Notes: generated by a model from the sequence alone, not told the origin. Counted from the stretch's first letter, positions 9,344 through 21,232 are shown. The stretch: DNA of 64,000 bases from a virus (IMGVR_UViG_3300022752_000016); one strand, 5' to 3'. Translations and numbers: made by a program.

Positions 9344-9967
9344 ATGAAAAGTTTGAAACAATATATTGCGGAAAGTGTACATACTTACAACTATACTATA
9401 AAGATAGCTGGTGAGGTGGATAAGAACTTTTTAGATTTGTTCAAATATAACTTAGGAAAATTTGATCCAATAAAAATAAGTGATCCAGTAAGCACACCGA
9501 TACAAAAATCCCCATATGGCTTTCCTGGGGTGCAAAACCAACCTATCCATATTATGAGATGTGAGTTTCGTTATCCAGCAACAGAACCAATGATACAACA
9601 AATAGCACAATTATGTGGATATAATGTTGATTTGGTGCGTGTTGTAGGTACATCATATGATGATAGTATTAATAGTGAAGCAGATGCTTATGCAAATGAG
9701 ATGCGTGAAGATCCATTATTATTAACACCTGAAATGGGTTCAGCACCTGGAGCAAAAGAAGCTAGTAAGGCATATGGTGATAGTTATTTACAAAGTATGA
9801 AAGACCAAGCTAAAGGAAACAAGATTGATATTCCATATGCTGGGAAAAAAACACCTAATGCATTTGATCCGTTCAAACCATATTTAGCAGATGATCCAAG
9901 AGGCATTAATAGCCCAATGAGTAAAATTACAAGACCGCCTAAGCCAAAGACTGGCGCAATGGCTTAA
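9344..9967 (+). CDS. Putative head/internal protein with capsid-targeting-like N-terminus
   Basis: Starts MKSLKQYIAE, resembling the T4 internal-protein targeting sequence MKTYQEFIAE. Confidence 0.6.
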   Translation: MKSLKQYIAESVHTYNYTIKIAGEVDKNFLDLFKYNLGKFDPIKISDPVSTPIQKSPYGFPGVQNQPIHIMRCEFRYPATEPMIQQIAQLCGYNVDLVRVVGTSYDDSINSEADAYANEMREDPLLLTPEMGSAPGAKEASKAYGDSYLQSMKDQAKGNKIDIPYAGKKTPNAFDPFKPYLADDPRGINSPMSKITRPPKPKTGAMA

Positions 9968-9983
9968 TTACGAGGATTAAAAA

Positions 9984-12320
9984 ATGAATTTAAAAGATAT
10001 GTTAGACAAATTAACAGTGCTTAGTGAAGCTACAAAGGAAACACCAACAGGTCGTGTACATAAAGCTGAGCCAGGCGGCTATGGTCGTAAATATGACACC
10101 GATGAAGAAGGTGATGAAAAAGATGGCGAAAAGGATGCAAAGAAGCCTGCTGAAAAGCGTGGTCGTGGTCGACCAACAAAGACAGGAACTCATGTAAGTA
10201 AGCCTGAAGATAAAAAGAAACAAAAAGAAAAAGAAGAAGCTGGTAAAAATCTTCAAAGTTTTATAAGTGGAAAACCTAAGAAAAGCAAAGAACTTGAAAA
10301 ACTTCCAAAGAAAAAGCATAGTTTGAAAGAGTTTTTTGATCAAATAGATAATGAAAGACTGCTAAGAGAAGCAGAGCAAGTTACCATTGAGCCTGCAAAA
10401 CAAAGTACACAACTCATTAAGCAAGGACAAAAAACACTTGGTACCGTCAGTAATCCAGGATTAGCATCACAAATAAAATCAGCTATTGGTAAAGGTGAAA
10501 TGGCATTAGCCGGTGATGAATTAGGGGAAGAGGCAAGAAATCCATATGCTATTGGTATGGCAGCAGCTAAAAAGAAATTTGGATATGGGACAAAGCCTGC
10601 AACTAATTTACCAAAGAAAGTAATTAAGAAAGGTCATGAAATTGCCAAAAAGGTAGATGAAGTTGAACAACCAACAATAGATAATATGACTGCAATGGGT
10701 GCAGGATTAGGTGCTGGACGCAGTAATAATGCATTAGAGGAAGCAAAGAAAACTGCTAAACGTGATGACAAAGCAGAAAAAGCAGGCAAGAAAGTTGCAA
10801 AAAATATTGAATATGATGAAAAAGTAAAAGATAAGATTCACGGCAAGAAGCGTCATGCTGAAGATGAGAAAGCAGAAAAAGCAGGTAAGAAAGTTGCAAA
10901 AGATATTGAGTATGATGAAAAGAAAAAGAAACAGGTAAAAGAAGCAGCTAAACCTGATTTTCCTGATATTGATAATGATAAAAATACAGAAGAACCTATT
11001 TCAAAAGCAGCGAAAGATGCTAAGAAAAAGAAAATGAACGAAAGCGGGCATAGACATTCAGCAGCAAGATTGATGGGTAAAGCCCATGCACTTGCAAAAG
11101 AAGGGTACAATTGTAAGTACGAGGATATGGAAGAAGCTAAAATGTATCACGAAGGATACAAAGAAGGCTTAGATGAGTGTTATGGATTGATGCCAATGCG
11201 TGGTGTAGTAGTTGGGGAGACCCCGGCTGCAACAGTTCCAGGTATGGCAAGCCAAGCAATGCCAGCAATGGAAGATGACATGGAAGAAGGAAATGCATTT
11301 ACAAAAGCATTGAGAGACACTCCAAAAGGTGGTAAGTTTTCTGTAGGTGGCAAAACATTCACAGATACAAGTAATTATGAAGAATCAATGGCATTTGAAA
11401 GTTTGGATCAACAATTAAATGACTTATTAGTTGAAGGTGAAAAAGTTGAAGAAGGCATGAGTGTTTCTATCAGTAAGGGACAACAAGGAGCACCAGATAG
11501 TGTTACTGTGTCTGCACAAGATGCTGAAGCAGAAAAGCTATTAAGTTTTATAAAACAAGCAGGATTAGGATTGTTTGCTGATGATAAAGCTATGGATTAC
11601 ACATCAGCAGGAGACGGAGATCCAACACATGCACACGGTGATATTTCTGTTGTTGATGATCATGATGGCATGATGAGCATTATGAAGAAAATGGCAGGTA
11701 TGGATCAAGGTGGTGATGATTACCGTGATGAAGAACATAATAACCAAGAAGATTGTGAAGTATGCGGAGAATCAGCATGTCAATGCCATGAAGAATCGCA
11801 GATGGTAGATGAAGTTGAAACATATGACCAAGAGGAAGAAGAAGTAGCAGAAACAGATGAATTAGACGAGCTAAAAAGATTAGCAGGTCATAATACAGCA
11901 CAACCTGCTAGTGATAGTAAGCGTGGTATGCAAGAAGATAATCCACCTGACAGCGGTGAAGCTGAATCAACCGCAGATGAAGATGCTGAAGCTGCCGAAG
12001 ATAAAGCATTAGCATTAAAGAGTGTTAATGAAGGCGGTGACGGTGGTGAGGCTTCAGAGGAATATTCAGAGGAACCAGAAGATATGTCAGAGTCAGAGGA
12101 AGATGACAAAGAAAAATTAGATGAGTGGGCCAATGATGCAGGTAAACGTGGCACAGAAACAACGTTTGTTACAGATGAAGATTACATGATTAACACTATT
12201 AGTTCAGGGTTAAACAAGCGTAAATCAACTGGTCAAACAACTATTCCAGTTATTCCAGGACAAAAAGAAAGAATGGGCGTTGATAATTTAAGAGAATGGA
12301 AGAGGTTAGCAGGAATTTAG
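9984..12320 (+). CDS. Large charged low-complexity multi-module protein; probable prohead core/internal protein
   Basis: 778 aa, K/E/D-rich, many hydrophobic-x-E|A/G/S sites, internal duplication, C-terminal 'LREWKRLAGI'. Confidence 0.7.
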   Translation: MNLKDMLDKLTVLSEATKETPTGRVHKAEPGGYGRKYDTDEEGDEKDGEKDAKKPAEKRGRGRPTKTGTHVSKPEDKKKQKEKEEAGKNLQSFISGKPKKSKELEKLPKKKHSLKEFFDQIDNERLLREAEQVTIEPAKQSTQLIKQGQKTLGTVSNPGLASQIKSAIGKGEMALAGDELGEEARNPYAIGMAAAKKKFGYGTKPATNLPKKVIKKGHEIAKKVDEVEQPTIDNMTAMGAGLGAGRSNNALEEAKKTAKRDDKAEKAGKKVAKNIEYDEKVKDKIHGKKRHAEDEKAEKAGKKVAKDIEYDEKKKKQVKEAAKPDFPDIDNDKNTEEPISKAAKDAKKKKMNESGHRHSAARLMGKAHALAKEGYNCKYEDMEEAKMYHEGYKEGLDECYGLMPMRGVVVGETPAATVPGMASQAMPAMEDDMEEGNAFTKALRDTPKGGKFSVGGKTFTDTSNYEESMAFESLDQQLNDLLVEGEKVEEGMSVSISKGQQGAPDSVTVSAQDAEAEKLLSFIKQAGLGLFADDKAMDYTSAGDGDPTHAHGDISVVDDHDGMMSIMKKMAGMDQGGDDYRDEEHNNQEDCEVCGESACQCHEESQMVDEVETYDQEEEEVAETDELDELKRLAGHNTAQPASDSKRGMQEDNPPDSGEAESTADEDAEAAEDKALALKSVNEGGDGGEASEEYSEEPEDMSESEEDDKEKLDEWANDAGKRGTETTFVTDEDYMINTISSGLNKRKSTGQTTIPVIPGQKERMGVDNLREWKRLAGI
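10770..10921 (+). repeat. Two ~53-bp direct repeats (99-bp period) encoding KAEKAGKKVAK(N/D)IEYDEK
   Basis: Near-identical copies at 10770-10822 and 10869-10921. Confidence 0.85.
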
Positions 12321-12333
12321 AATTGATGATTTT

Positions 12334-12363
12334 AAATAGCCCGGTTCGCCGGGCTATTTTTTT
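12334..12363 (+). terminator. Rho-independent terminator AAATAGCCCGG-TTCG-CCGGGCTATTT(TTTT)
   Basis: 11-bp stem, UUCG loop, U-tract. Confidence 0.9.
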
Positions 12364-12386
12364 GGTAATTATGTAATTTGCAAAAC

Positions 12387-12394
12387 GATAAATA
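12387..12394 (+). promoter_or_regulatory. Late promoter-like GATAAATA
   Basis: Just after the terminator and 18 nt before the fibre gene. Confidence 0.6.
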
Positions 12395-12412
12395 CATAAT
12401 AAGGTACAAAAT

Positions 12413-15400
12413 ATGGCACAACGTAATATAGATTTTGGAACATTTCCTGATGATCCAAATGCAGACGCTATTAGAACTGCATTTCAAAAAGTACAGGAAA
12501 ACTTTAACGAGTTATTTTCTATTACCACAAGTCAGGCTGTAATATCAATTAATAGAACACCTGGTGCAGGTATTACAGTAAATTCTCCAATAGGTAATGT
12601 CGTTATTACTGCAAATATTTCGAATGTACAAATAAGCACAAGCACTTTAAGTATAGGTAGGAATTTCGTTAACAGAGGAGCTTCTGGTGGTAATGCAAAT
12701 ATTGTAAATTCAAGTCAAGTTTTAGTAATTGATTTACCAAATACTATTGATAATGTATCAAATGTAAACTTAAGTGCAAATTTAAGTGCAAATTTTGTAA
12801 AAGCCAACACATCAATAATTTCTAACACAATTTTTGCAAATTCAACAATAACAGCAAATAACATTAATGTAAATGTTTCAATAGATACATCAAACATTAA
12901 TTCAACAAACGCAAATATTTCTTCAAATTTATTAGCAGGAAATGCATCTATTTCAGGCAATCTGGTTACAAATGATTTAAGTGTCACTGGTAATGTTACA
13001 ACAAACTTATTACCAAATGCAAACATAGCATACAATTTAGGTTCAAATACTCAAAGATGGAAAGACTTATACCTATCAGGAAACACTTTATACATAGGTA
13101 ATGCGACTATTTCAGTCAGCGGTAATAATTTAGTATTAACCAATCCCATAGGAGGTAATTTTGTTATTACTGGCAATACAACGGTTGCACAGGGTATTCA
13201 AGGAATACAAGGAATATTTGGGTTACAAGGACAACAAGGACTAAGCGGTGAGTACGCAGCTCAAGGAATACAAGGAAGGCAAGGACTACAAGGTTTACAA
13301 GGACTACAAGGACTACAAGGACTACAAGGAATAAGTGGGGAGTACGCAGGACAGGGAGTACAGGGCCTACAAGGATTTTTCGGAATACAAGGTAGACAAG
13401 GTGTCCAAGGGTTACAGGGACTATTTGTTCAAGGATCAACTGGTTCCCAGGGTTTAGATGGCATGCAAGGATCCCAAGGACGACAAGGGATACAAGGTTT
13501 AACGGGTGCTTTTGCAGGTCAAGGTATTCAAGGAAACCAAGGTGTTCAGGGTAGGCAAGGATTACAAGGCTTGGATGGATTTGCAGTTGCTCAAGGTATG
13601 CAAGGAGCACAAGGTACACAAGGTAGACAAGGATTATTTGGAACACAAGGATTTCAAGGATTACAGGGACTGCAAGGATTACAGGGACTGCAAGGATTAC
13701 AGGGTTTACAAGGCGTACAAGGGACACAAGGCGTACAAGGATTACAGGGCACACAAGGTGTACAAGGATTACAGGGCACACAAGGTGTACAAGGACTACA
13801 AGGTTTACAAGGTGTACAAGGCACACAAGGCAGACAAGGAGTACAAGGCACACAAGGCAGACAAGGAGTACAAGGTTTACAAGGTGTACAAGGCACACAA
13901 GGTTTACAAGGTGTACAAGGTACACAAGGAAGACAAGGTGTTCAGGGTACACAAGGTACACAAGGACTACAAGGTGTACAAGGCACACAAGGTTTACAAG
14001 GTGTACAAGGCACACAAGGAAGACAAGGTGTTCAGGGTACACAAGGTACACAAGGACTACAAGGACTACAAGGTTTACAAGGTGTACAAGGCAGACAAGG
14101 AGTACAAGGTACACAAGGTACACAAGGTACACAAGGCCTACAAGGTTTACAAGGTGTACAAGGCACACAAGGAAGACAAGGTGTTCAGGGTACACAAGGT
14201 ACACAAGGACTACAAGGACTACAAGGACTACAAGGTGTACAAGGCACACAAGGCAGACAAGGAGTACAAGGTACACAAGGTACACAAGGTACACAAGGTT
14301 TACAAGGTTTACAAGGCACACAAGGAAGACAAGGTGTTCAGGGTACACAAGGTACACAAGGACTACAAGGACTACAAGGACTACAAGGTGTACAAGGCAC
14401 ACAAGGCAGACAAGGAGTACAAGGTACACAAGGTACACAAGGCCTACAAGGTTTACAAGGTGTACAAGGCACACAAGGAAGACAAGGTGTTCAGGGTACA
14501 CAAGGTACACAAGGACTACAAGGACTACAAGGACTACAAGGGGTACAAGGCAGACAAGGTGTTCAGGGGACACAAGGACTACAAGGAGTACAGGGAACAC
14601 AAGGACTACAAGGAGTACAGGGAACACAAGGCAGACAAGGAGTACAAGGAACACAAGGTACACAAGGTGTTCAAGGACTACAAGGCGTTCAAGGTACTCA
14701 AGGTAGACAAGGAACACAAGGAACACAAGGAGCACAAGGAACACAAGGGTTACAGGGAGTTCAAGGCACACAAGGCAGACAAGGAGTACAAGGTACACAA
14801 GGTACACAAGGTACACAAGGCCTACAAGGTGTACAAGGCCTACAAGGTTTACAAGGTGTACAAGGCACACAAGGAAGACAAGGACTACAAGGACTACAAG
14901 GTTTACAAGGTGTACAAGGCACACAAGGAAGACAAGGAGTACAAGGTACACAAGGACTACAAGGACTACAAGGACTACAAGGTGTACAAGGACCACAAAG
15001 TATACAAGGACCACAAGGTACACAAGGACTACAAGGACTACAAGGACTACAAGGTTTGCAAGGGGTACAAGGACCACAAAGTATACAAGGACCACAAGGT
15101 ACACAAGGACTACAAGGACTACAAGGACTACAAGGGGTACAAGGACCACAAAGTATACAAGGACCACAAGGTTTACAAGGACCACAAGGCGTTCAGGGTG
15201 TACAGGGTTTACAAGGACCACAAAGTATACAAGGACCACAAGGTTTACAAGGACCACAAGGTTTTCAAGGAATACAAGGAATACAAGGACCACAAAGTAT
15301 TCAAGGCGTACAAGGCACACAAGGAACACAGGGTGTTCAGGGTTTACAAGGTGTACAAGGCACACAAGGAAGACAAGGTGTTCAGGGTACACAAGGTACA

Positions 15401-18010
15401 CAAGGTACACAAGGCAGACAAGGAGTACAGGGTACACAAGGTGTACAAGGACTACAAGGACTACAAGGAGTACAAGGCACACAAGGCAGACAAGGTGTAC
15501 AAGGTACACAAGGTGTTCAAGGTTTACAGGGAATACAAGGTATTCAAGGTATTCAAGGTACTCAAGGAACTCAGGGAGTGCAGGGGCTTGATGGGTTCGC
15601 AGTAGCCCAAGGAATGCAAGGGACACAAGGCATACAAGGTGTTCAAGGATTACAAGGTAACCAAGGAGTAGCAGGAATACCACAATCTTGGACATTAATA
15701 ACTTCGAGTCAACTCGCAGGGAGTGATACCAGATATATAGCAAATACAAGTGGAGGACCGTTCACATTAACTTTACCAGCCAGTCCAGTTTTAGGACAGG
15801 TAGTTATTGTAACAGATGGAAATAATTGGGCAGCAAATAATTTAACAATTGCAGGTAACGGATCTACAATTCAAGGATCCTATACTGACCTTATTTTAAA
15901 TATACAAGATATTACAGTAGAACTTGTCTATGACGGTACTACATGGTTAGTAACAGCAACATTGGGTCAACGAGGAGTTCAAGGACAAAGTGGAATACAA
16001 GGACTAGATGGTTTTCAAGGTGCACAAGGAACGCAAGGCATACAAGGCAGACAAGGCTTACAAGGTCCTACTGCTGCACAAGGTGCACAAGGAACACAAG
16101 GAGTTCAAGGAACACAGGGCAGACAAGGCTTACAAGGTCCTACTGCTGCACAAGGTGCACAAGGAACACAAGGAGTTCAAGGTACACAAGGTGTACAAGG
16201 CAGGCAAGGCATACAAGGCAGACAAGGATTACAAGGGCCTACAGCATCACAAGGAACACAAGGAACACAAGGAACACAAGGAACACAAGGGTTACAAGGC
16301 AGGCAAGGATTACAAGGGCCTACAGCATCACAAGGAACACAAGGAACACAAGGAACACAAGGGTTACAAGGGCTACAAGGCAGGCAAGGATTACAAGGAC
16401 CTACAGCATCACAAGGAACACAAGGGTTATACGGCATTCAAGGAAATCAAGGTATTCAAGGTATTCCTGGCACAGTAGCAGCACAGGGTATGCAGGGTCT
16501 TCAAGGACTACAAGGAGTTCAGGGAACGCAAGGAACACAAGGATTACAAGGACCTACTGCTGCACAGGGCGCACAGGGAACACAGGGACTACAAGGTAAT
16601 CAGGGGGTACAGGGCAGGCAGGGATTACAAGGTCCAACTGCTGCACAGGGCGCACAGGGAACACAGGGACTACAAGGTAATCAGGGGGTACAGGGCAGAC
16701 AGGGATTACAAGGTCCAACTGCTGCACAAGGTGCACAAGGAACACAGGGATTACAAGGGTTACAAGGTTTGCAAGGATTACAAGGTCGGCAAGGTTTACA
16801 AGGCCCAACTGCTTCACAAGGAACACAAGGTATACAGGGACTTAATGGATTATTTTCAGCACAGGGTACACAAGGATTACAGGGATCAGCAGGAGCAGGT
16901 GGCGGTGGTAACATAAGTGGTCCAGCAAGTGCTAGTGGTAGGGAAATAGCATACTTTACAAGTTCTACAACAATTGACACAGTACCAACTTTAACTTATG
17001 ATCAACCTAATGGTTATATTCAGGTAAAATCGAAGGATTCATTTGATGGCGGTGTGATACAGTTTTACAGTACTGGCAATACAAATTATACAATTTTTGG
17101 GCGTAAAGATACTGGTAGCAATGTAAGTCTTTGGTTACCCAACACAGTAGGCACTACTGGACAAGTATTATCTATTACTTTAAATTCTGGTCCAAGTGAA
17201 GCTCAATTGGGTTGGTCAACTGCGGCAACATACTTTAACACAGGAAATTATAGAATTCCTATTTATGATCCTGATAATTCAAGTTTAAGATTTTATGGAC
17301 CTACCATAGATAGTGATAACGTTATTACAACACGTAATTTTTGGGCTTCAAATACTATAGGTGGGGCAGATAATCCTTACTTAAGAGTTTCTGCACCATC
17401 TGCAAGGACTTATACACAATTTCAAAGAGCCGCAGGTGGCGCAAATACTACACTGTATTTACCGACAGCCAGCGCAAATTCTAGTTACGGTAGCTATTTG
17501 GGTGCAATTGATAGTCAAAATCAACTACAATGGATGTATGGTTTATGGGGCGATGCTGTACGAAGCGATACTACAAGTGCTGACTTTTATTATCCAACTT
17601 GGGTTAGAGACTATTTTAACGGCGCAAATAATATTGTATATATTTCTTCAAGCACTAGTAAGTTTGGTTATAGGCCAAGCTCAGGTACATTACAAGTTAC
17701 TGTATTAACTCAAACTTCTACTATACAAGATAAAGAAAATCTAAGACCTATTACAAATGCACTCTCAACTTTAAATCAATTTAGTACATATTTATATGAC
17801 AGAAAAGATGGGTCAGCCTCAAACGTTCCTGGTGTAATTGCAGAAGAAGTAGCTAATATCTTTCCTGAACTAGTTACTTATACAAGTAATAACATACCAA
17901 CAGGGGTTAACTATACACAATTTATTCCGTTATTAATTGAAGGAATTAAAAATCTAACAGAAAAAGTTGAGTTATTGGAAACTGAAATTAATAATCTTAA
18001 AAATCAGTAA
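12413..18010 (+). CDS. Collagen-like long tail fibre with C-terminal peptidase S74 intramolecular chaperone
   Basis: Baseplate-anchor-like N-terminus '[18 protein letters not shown]'; ~1100 residues of Gly-X-Gln; C-terminal '[10 protein letters not shown]...GVIAEEV...PELV...VNY...LLIEGIKNL' with Ser and Lys five residues apart and a terminal coiled coil. Confidence 0.9.
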   Translation: MAQRNIDFGTFPDDPNADAIRTAFQKVQENFNELFSITTSQAVISINRTPGAGITVNSPIGNVVITANISNVQISTSTLSIGRNFVNRGASGGNANIVNSSQVLVIDLPNTIDNVSNVNLSANLSANFVKANTSIISNTIFANSTITANNINVNVSIDTSNINSTNANISSNLLAGNASISGNLVTNDLSVTGNVTTNLLPNANIAYNLGSNTQRWKDLYLSGNTLYIGNATISVSGNNLVLTNPIGGNFVITGNTTVAQGIQGIQGIFGLQGQQGLSGEYAAQGIQGRQGLQGLQGLQGLQGLQGISGEYAGQGVQGLQGFFGIQGRQGVQGLQGLFVQGSTGSQGLDGMQGSQGRQGIQGLTGAFAGQGIQGNQGVQGRQGLQGLDGFAVAQGMQGAQGTQGRQGLFGTQGFQGLQGLQGLQGLQGLQGLQGVQGTQGVQGLQGTQGVQGLQGTQGVQGLQGLQGVQGTQGRQGVQGTQGRQGVQGLQGVQGTQGLQGVQGTQGRQGVQGTQGTQGLQGVQGTQGLQGVQGTQGRQGVQGTQGTQGLQGLQGLQGVQGRQGVQGTQGTQGTQGLQGLQGVQGTQGRQGVQGTQGTQGLQGLQGLQGVQGTQGRQGVQGTQGTQGTQGLQGLQGTQGRQGVQGTQGTQGLQGLQGLQGVQGTQGRQGVQGTQGTQGLQGLQGVQGTQGRQGVQGTQGTQGLQGLQGLQGVQGRQGVQGTQGLQGVQGTQGLQGVQGTQGRQGVQGTQGTQGVQGLQGVQGTQGRQGTQGTQGAQGTQGLQGVQGTQGRQGVQGTQGTQGTQGLQGVQGLQGLQGVQGTQGRQGLQGLQGLQGVQGTQGRQGVQGTQGLQGLQGLQGVQGPQSIQGPQGTQGLQGLQGLQGLQGVQGPQSIQGPQGTQGLQGLQGLQGVQGPQSIQGPQGLQGPQGVQGVQGLQGPQSIQGPQGLQGPQGFQGIQGIQGPQSIQGVQGTQGTQGVQGLQGVQGTQGRQGVQGTQGTQGTQGRQGVQGTQGVQGLQGLQGVQGTQGRQGVQGTQGVQGLQGIQGIQGIQGTQGTQGVQGLDGFAVAQGMQGTQGIQGVQGLQGNQGVAGIPQSWTLITSSQLAGSDTRYIANTSGGPFTLTLPASPVLGQVVIVTDGNNWAANNLTIAGNGSTIQGSYTDLILNIQDITVELVYDGTTWLVTATLGQRGVQGQSGIQGLDGFQGAQGTQGIQGRQGLQGPTAAQGAQGTQGVQGTQGRQGLQGPTAAQGAQGTQGVQGTQGVQGRQGIQGRQGLQGPTASQGTQGTQGTQGTQGLQGRQGLQGPTASQGTQGTQGTQGLQGLQGRQGLQGPTASQGTQGLYGIQGNQGIQGIPGTVAAQGMQGLQGLQGVQGTQGTQGLQGPTAAQGAQGTQGLQGNQGVQGRQGLQGPTAAQGAQGTQGLQGNQGVQGRQGLQGPTAAQGAQGTQGLQGLQGLQGLQGRQGLQGPTASQGTQGIQGLNGLFSAQGTQGLQGSAGAGGGGNISGPASASGREIAYFTSSTTIDTVPTLTYDQPNGYIQVKSKDSFDGGVIQFYSTGNTNYTIFGRKDTGSNVSLWLPNTVGTTGQVLSITLNSGPSEAQLGWSTAATYFNTGNYRIPIYDPDNSSLRFYGPTIDSDNVITTRNFWASNTIGGADNPYLRVSAPSARTYTQFQRAAGGANTTLYLPTASANSSYGSYLGAIDSQNQLQWMYGLWGDAVRSDTTSADFYYPTWVRDYFNGANNIVYISSSTSKFGYRPSSGTLQVTVLTQTSTIQDKENLRPITNALSTLNQFSTYLYDRKDGSASNVPGVIAEEVANIFPELVTYTSNNIPTGVNYTQFIPLLIEGIKNLTEKVELLETEINNLKNQ
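13190..16885 (+). repeat. 9-bp-period coding tandem repeat (CAAGGnnnn) in two blocks, 13190-15670 and 15965-16885
   Basis: Visible CAAGGTACA/CAAGGACTA/CAAGGTGTA units with higher-order repeats, e.g. 81-bp units starting at 16550 and 16631 with a third, partial copy at 16712. Confidence 0.95.
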
Positions 18011-18019
18011 GGATAATAA

Positions 18020-18637
18020 ATGATAACATTAGAATTACTTCAATCAGTATGTACAAAAACAAAAGCAAGTGTATTAGAACCTTATGTTAACCCACTAATA
18101 AAAGTAACTGAACACTATGATATGATTGAGAACCCAAAACGAGTAGCTGCCTTTTTAGCTCAAGTAGCGCATGAAAGTGGTGGGTTCACTGCTGTTAAAG
18201 AAAATTTAAATTATGGTGCTAAAGGATTAATGACAACTTTTAAAAAATATTTTCCTAACGAAGAACTAGCCAAACAATATGAACGTAAACCTGAAAAAAT
18301 TGCAAATCGTGTGTATGCTAATCGTATGAAAAATGGCGACGAAGCAAGTGGTGATGGATTTAAATTTCGTGGTAGGGGTTTAATTCAACTCACAGGCCGT
18401 GATAATTATACTAGATTTGCAAAAAGTATAGGTAAGTCATTAGATGATACTGTTCTTTTTTTAGAAACACCTGAAGGCGCTGTTACAAGTGCTGGTTGGT
18501 TTTGGGATACAAATAAATTAAACATTTACTGTGATAAGGATGATTTTTTAGGACTAACCAAACGTATTAATGGTGGCACGATTGGATTAATTGATAGACA
18601 ACACCATTATGAAATAGCTTTAAAGGCACTTACATAA
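18020..18637 (+). CDS. Glycoside hydrolase family 19 lysozyme (endolysin or virion lysin)
   Basis: 'AAFLAQVAHESGGF', 'ENLNY', 'FRGRGLIQLTGRDNY', 'AGWFW', 'TKRINGG..GL..R'. Confidence 0.92.
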   Translation: MITLELLQSVCTKTKASVLEPYVNPLIKVTEHYDMIENPKRVAAFLAQVAHESGGFTAVKENLNYGAKGLMTTFKKYFPNEELAKQYERKPEKIANRVYANRMKNGDEASGDGFKFRGRGLIQLTGRDNYTRFAKSIGKSLDDTVLFLETPEGAVTSAGWFWDTNKLNIYCDKDDFLGLTKRINGGTIGLIDRQHHYEIALKALT

Positions 18638-18640
18638 TAT

Positions 18641-21232
18641 ATGGCTCAACCGATTTGGAATATTCAAAAAGGATCTATAGGAACATTTCCTGCAAATATA
18701 CCCTTTACTAAGTTAATTACTGCAAAACCTGTGCTTCCTGCAACTACAGTTACATATGTTAAAATAGCAGGTAGTTTACCTGATGGGGTACAATTTAATT
18801 CTGATGGGTTATTGTATGGTACACCAACCACAGTAGGACTTGATACTACTTTTACGTTTGTGATTCGTGCTGTTGATAATCAAAATAATTTATCTGATAG
18901 AACTTTTACAATTACAGTTTCTGGTAGTGCTATACCAAAAATATTAACACCTTCTGGAATTTTCCTGACTGTAAATGATAGTACATGGGTAGAAAATTTT
19001 ATAGAATATTCAAATCCACTTCCTTCAAATGTTGTAAGTTTTAAAATTATTCAAGGAACCTTACCTCCTGGATTACAAATGAATGAATATGGATTAATTA
19101 GAGGGTACGCAGAACCAGTATATTTAAATTTAAATTTAGAAGAGGCTAGTACTTCAGTAGTTAGGTGTGAAGAAAATATTTTTACAGCATTGACTACAGC
19201 TAATTTTGTTGAAAACAGGCCAATTGTGTTTTCAGGCAGTATAATAGGCGGAGTAGTTGCAGGAAGAATTTATTATGTAAAAAATATTTTAAATAATACT
19301 CAATTTACTGTATCTACCACTGTAGATGGTAATCAATTAGAATTATCTGATGAAACCGGGTATATGGATACAACATTACCTGCAACAGGTTTACAAAGAC
19401 CTACTATTAAAAGTTTTAGTTTTACAGTTTCTTTGGAAAGTAATTTGGGTAATGACATACAAACATTTGAAATTGTAGTAGTAAATCAAAATTTGCCTAT
19501 TAGTCAAGGAGGATCGGGTTTACCGCCTAATACTAGAGTACCTACAATTTACAATATAAGACCTCCTATTTTTGATTATAATTTATTACCATCTTCAGGT
19601 TTTTACATAGTTCCTAAGGATTTAAAGGGAATAACATACACAACAAAAGATTTTGCCTTTATTGGAGATTTTGCTAGTGGTAATTATTTTTCATTTGAAA
19701 TAATAGGTCACGATTTTGATGGAAACCAACTTCAATATAATTTTGTAAATTTACCATTAGGGTTAGTTGGCAATACACAAACTGGATGGATCACTGGGAC
19801 TCCTGTTTTAAATAACATAGGAGTTAATGAATTTAATTTTAGTGTGTTTGTAAGCAAATTACAGAATCCGCAAATTGTAAGTAAAGCATTTAATTTTTCT
19901 TTCAAATTATCAAATTCTATTACATCCAATATAACTTGGCTTACACCAAATAACTTAGGAATAATTTCAAATGGTTCAACTAGTGTATTTAAAGTAGAGG
20001 CTATTGCAGATGTTATTTTAAAATATAGACTTATTCAAGGGACATTACCTCCCAATTTAAAATTACTTGATAATGGAGAATTAACAGGACAAACTGCATG
20101 GCAACCAACTACTCAAGTAGTTGAACCAGGAACAAACACACTATTTACTTTTACTATCGAAGCTTTTTCTGAAGAATTCTATATAATTAAAAGTTCAAAA
20201 ACATTTTATATTAATGTTATTCAAGAATATGCGTATCCGTCAGAATCTTTATATATTAAGGCAACTCCTAGTTTAGAAAATAGAAATCTTTTACGAACTT
20301 TATTATTAAATGAAGAAATTATACCAACAAACTATTTGTATAGACCTAGTGATCCTAGATTTGGTAAGGCAACTGATGTAATTTATGCACATGCATTTGG
20401 AATTGATAGCAGTTCTTTTGACAAATACATAGAGGCTGTAACTAAAAATCATTATTGGAGAAACATAATTTTAGGAAGCATATCTACTGCTGTTGCTAAA
20501 AATAATGATGGAGAAATTATATACGAAGTTGTTTATAGTAATGTGATTGATAATTTAGTAAATATTAAAAATGAAAGTGTTCCTGAAGAAATTATTTGGC
20601 CTAGAAAAGTTAATTTATTTGAAGGCCCATGGTATACCAGCATTACAGACATTTATACAAGCTATATATTTCAAAACGAAAGTGAAAGTCAGTTTTTAGA
20701 AACTGAAAATAATTTATTACTTAGTACAGAAAATGCACAATTACTGTCTACTGAACTTGGTCAACCTACCTATTTCACTAGTTTAACACCTGGATATGCA
20801 AGAATATTTTACCCCAATAGTTTGCCCAATATGAGAAATCGTATTGCACAGGTTTTAGGACAACAAGCAAATTATAAATTATTGCCTAAATGGATGACAA
20901 GTCAACAACCTAATGGCAGCACTTTGGGATATGTTCCAGCTTGGGTAATTTGTTATACTAAACCAGGATTCAGTGAAATAATTAAAAATAATATTGAAAA
21001 CAATTGGAAAAACGAATTAGGGCAACATAATGTACTTAATCAAATCAATTTTAAAATTGATCGATTTATTGTTGATAAAAGCACTACTTTTAATTATAAT
21101 GATAGAACAAGCCCGCCTGCATGGTTGAGTTTACCTAGTGGGAATCCTGAACCTGTACCTATAGATAGTAAAGATTTTTATGTGTTGTTCCCACGTAAAA
21201 CTATTTTACCGAACACACCTCAATATAGCTAA
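18641..21232 (+). CDS. Baseplate wedge-like structural protein with repeated Ig-like (He_PIG-type) domains
   Basis: Repeated 'GSLPDGV...GLLYGTP', 'GTLPPGLQM...GLIRG', 'GTLPPNLKL...GELTG' units; tail cluster. Confidence 0.7.
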   Translation: MAQPIWNIQKGSIGTFPANIPFTKLITAKPVLPATTVTYVKIAGSLPDGVQFNSDGLLYGTPTTVGLDTTFTFVIRAVDNQNNLSDRTFTITVSGSAIPKILTPSGIFLTVNDSTWVENFIEYSNPLPSNVVSFKIIQGTLPPGLQMNEYGLIRGYAEPVYLNLNLEEASTSVVRCEENIFTALTTANFVENRPIVFSGSIIGGVVAGRIYYVKNILNNTQFTVSTTVDGNQLELSDETGYMDTTLPATGLQRPTIKSFSFTVSLESNLGNDIQTFEIVVVNQNLPISQGGSGLPPNTRVPTIYNIRPPIFDYNLLPSSGFYIVPKDLKGITYTTKDFAFIGDFASGNYFSFEIIGHDFDGNQLQYNFVNLPLGLVGNTQTGWITGTPVLNNIGVNEFNFSVFVSKLQNPQIVSKAFNFSFKLSNSITSNITWLTPNNLGIISNGSTSVFKVEAIADVILKYRLIQGTLPPNLKLLDNGELTGQTAWQPTTQVVEPGTNTLFTFTIEAFSEEFYIIKSSKTFYINVIQEYAYPSESLYIKATPSLENRNLLRTLLLNEEIIPTNYLYRPSDPRFGKATDVIYAHAFGIDSSSFDKYIEAVTKNHYWRNIILGSISTAVAKNNDGEIIYEVVYSNVIDNLVNIKNESVPEEIIWPRKVNLFEGPWYTSITDIYTSYIFQNESESQFLETENNLLLSTENAQLLSTELGQPTYFTSLTPGYARIFYPNSLPNMRNRIAQVLGQQANYKLLPKWMTSQQPNGSTLGYVPAWVICYTKPGFSEIIKNNIENNWKNELGQHNVLNQINFKIDRFIVDKSTTFNYNDRTSPPAWLSLPSGNPEPVPIDSKDFYVLFPRKTILPNTPQYS

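Noticed and set aside
13190-16885. CRISPR array or DGR-like repeat
   Set aside because: The repeats are contiguous, in frame and coding, with no unique spacers; no cas or reverse transcriptase gene is present.
13167-16980. Long alternative-frame ORFs over the collagen region (13167..15749 -, 13506..15605 +, 16008..16478 +, PCxPC-rich minus ORFs)
   Set aside because: They are shadows of the 9-bp CAAGGnnnn periodicity, which lacks stops in other frames. Their sequences ([24 protein letters not shown]) are frame-shifted or reverse-complement readings with no RBS or independent structure.
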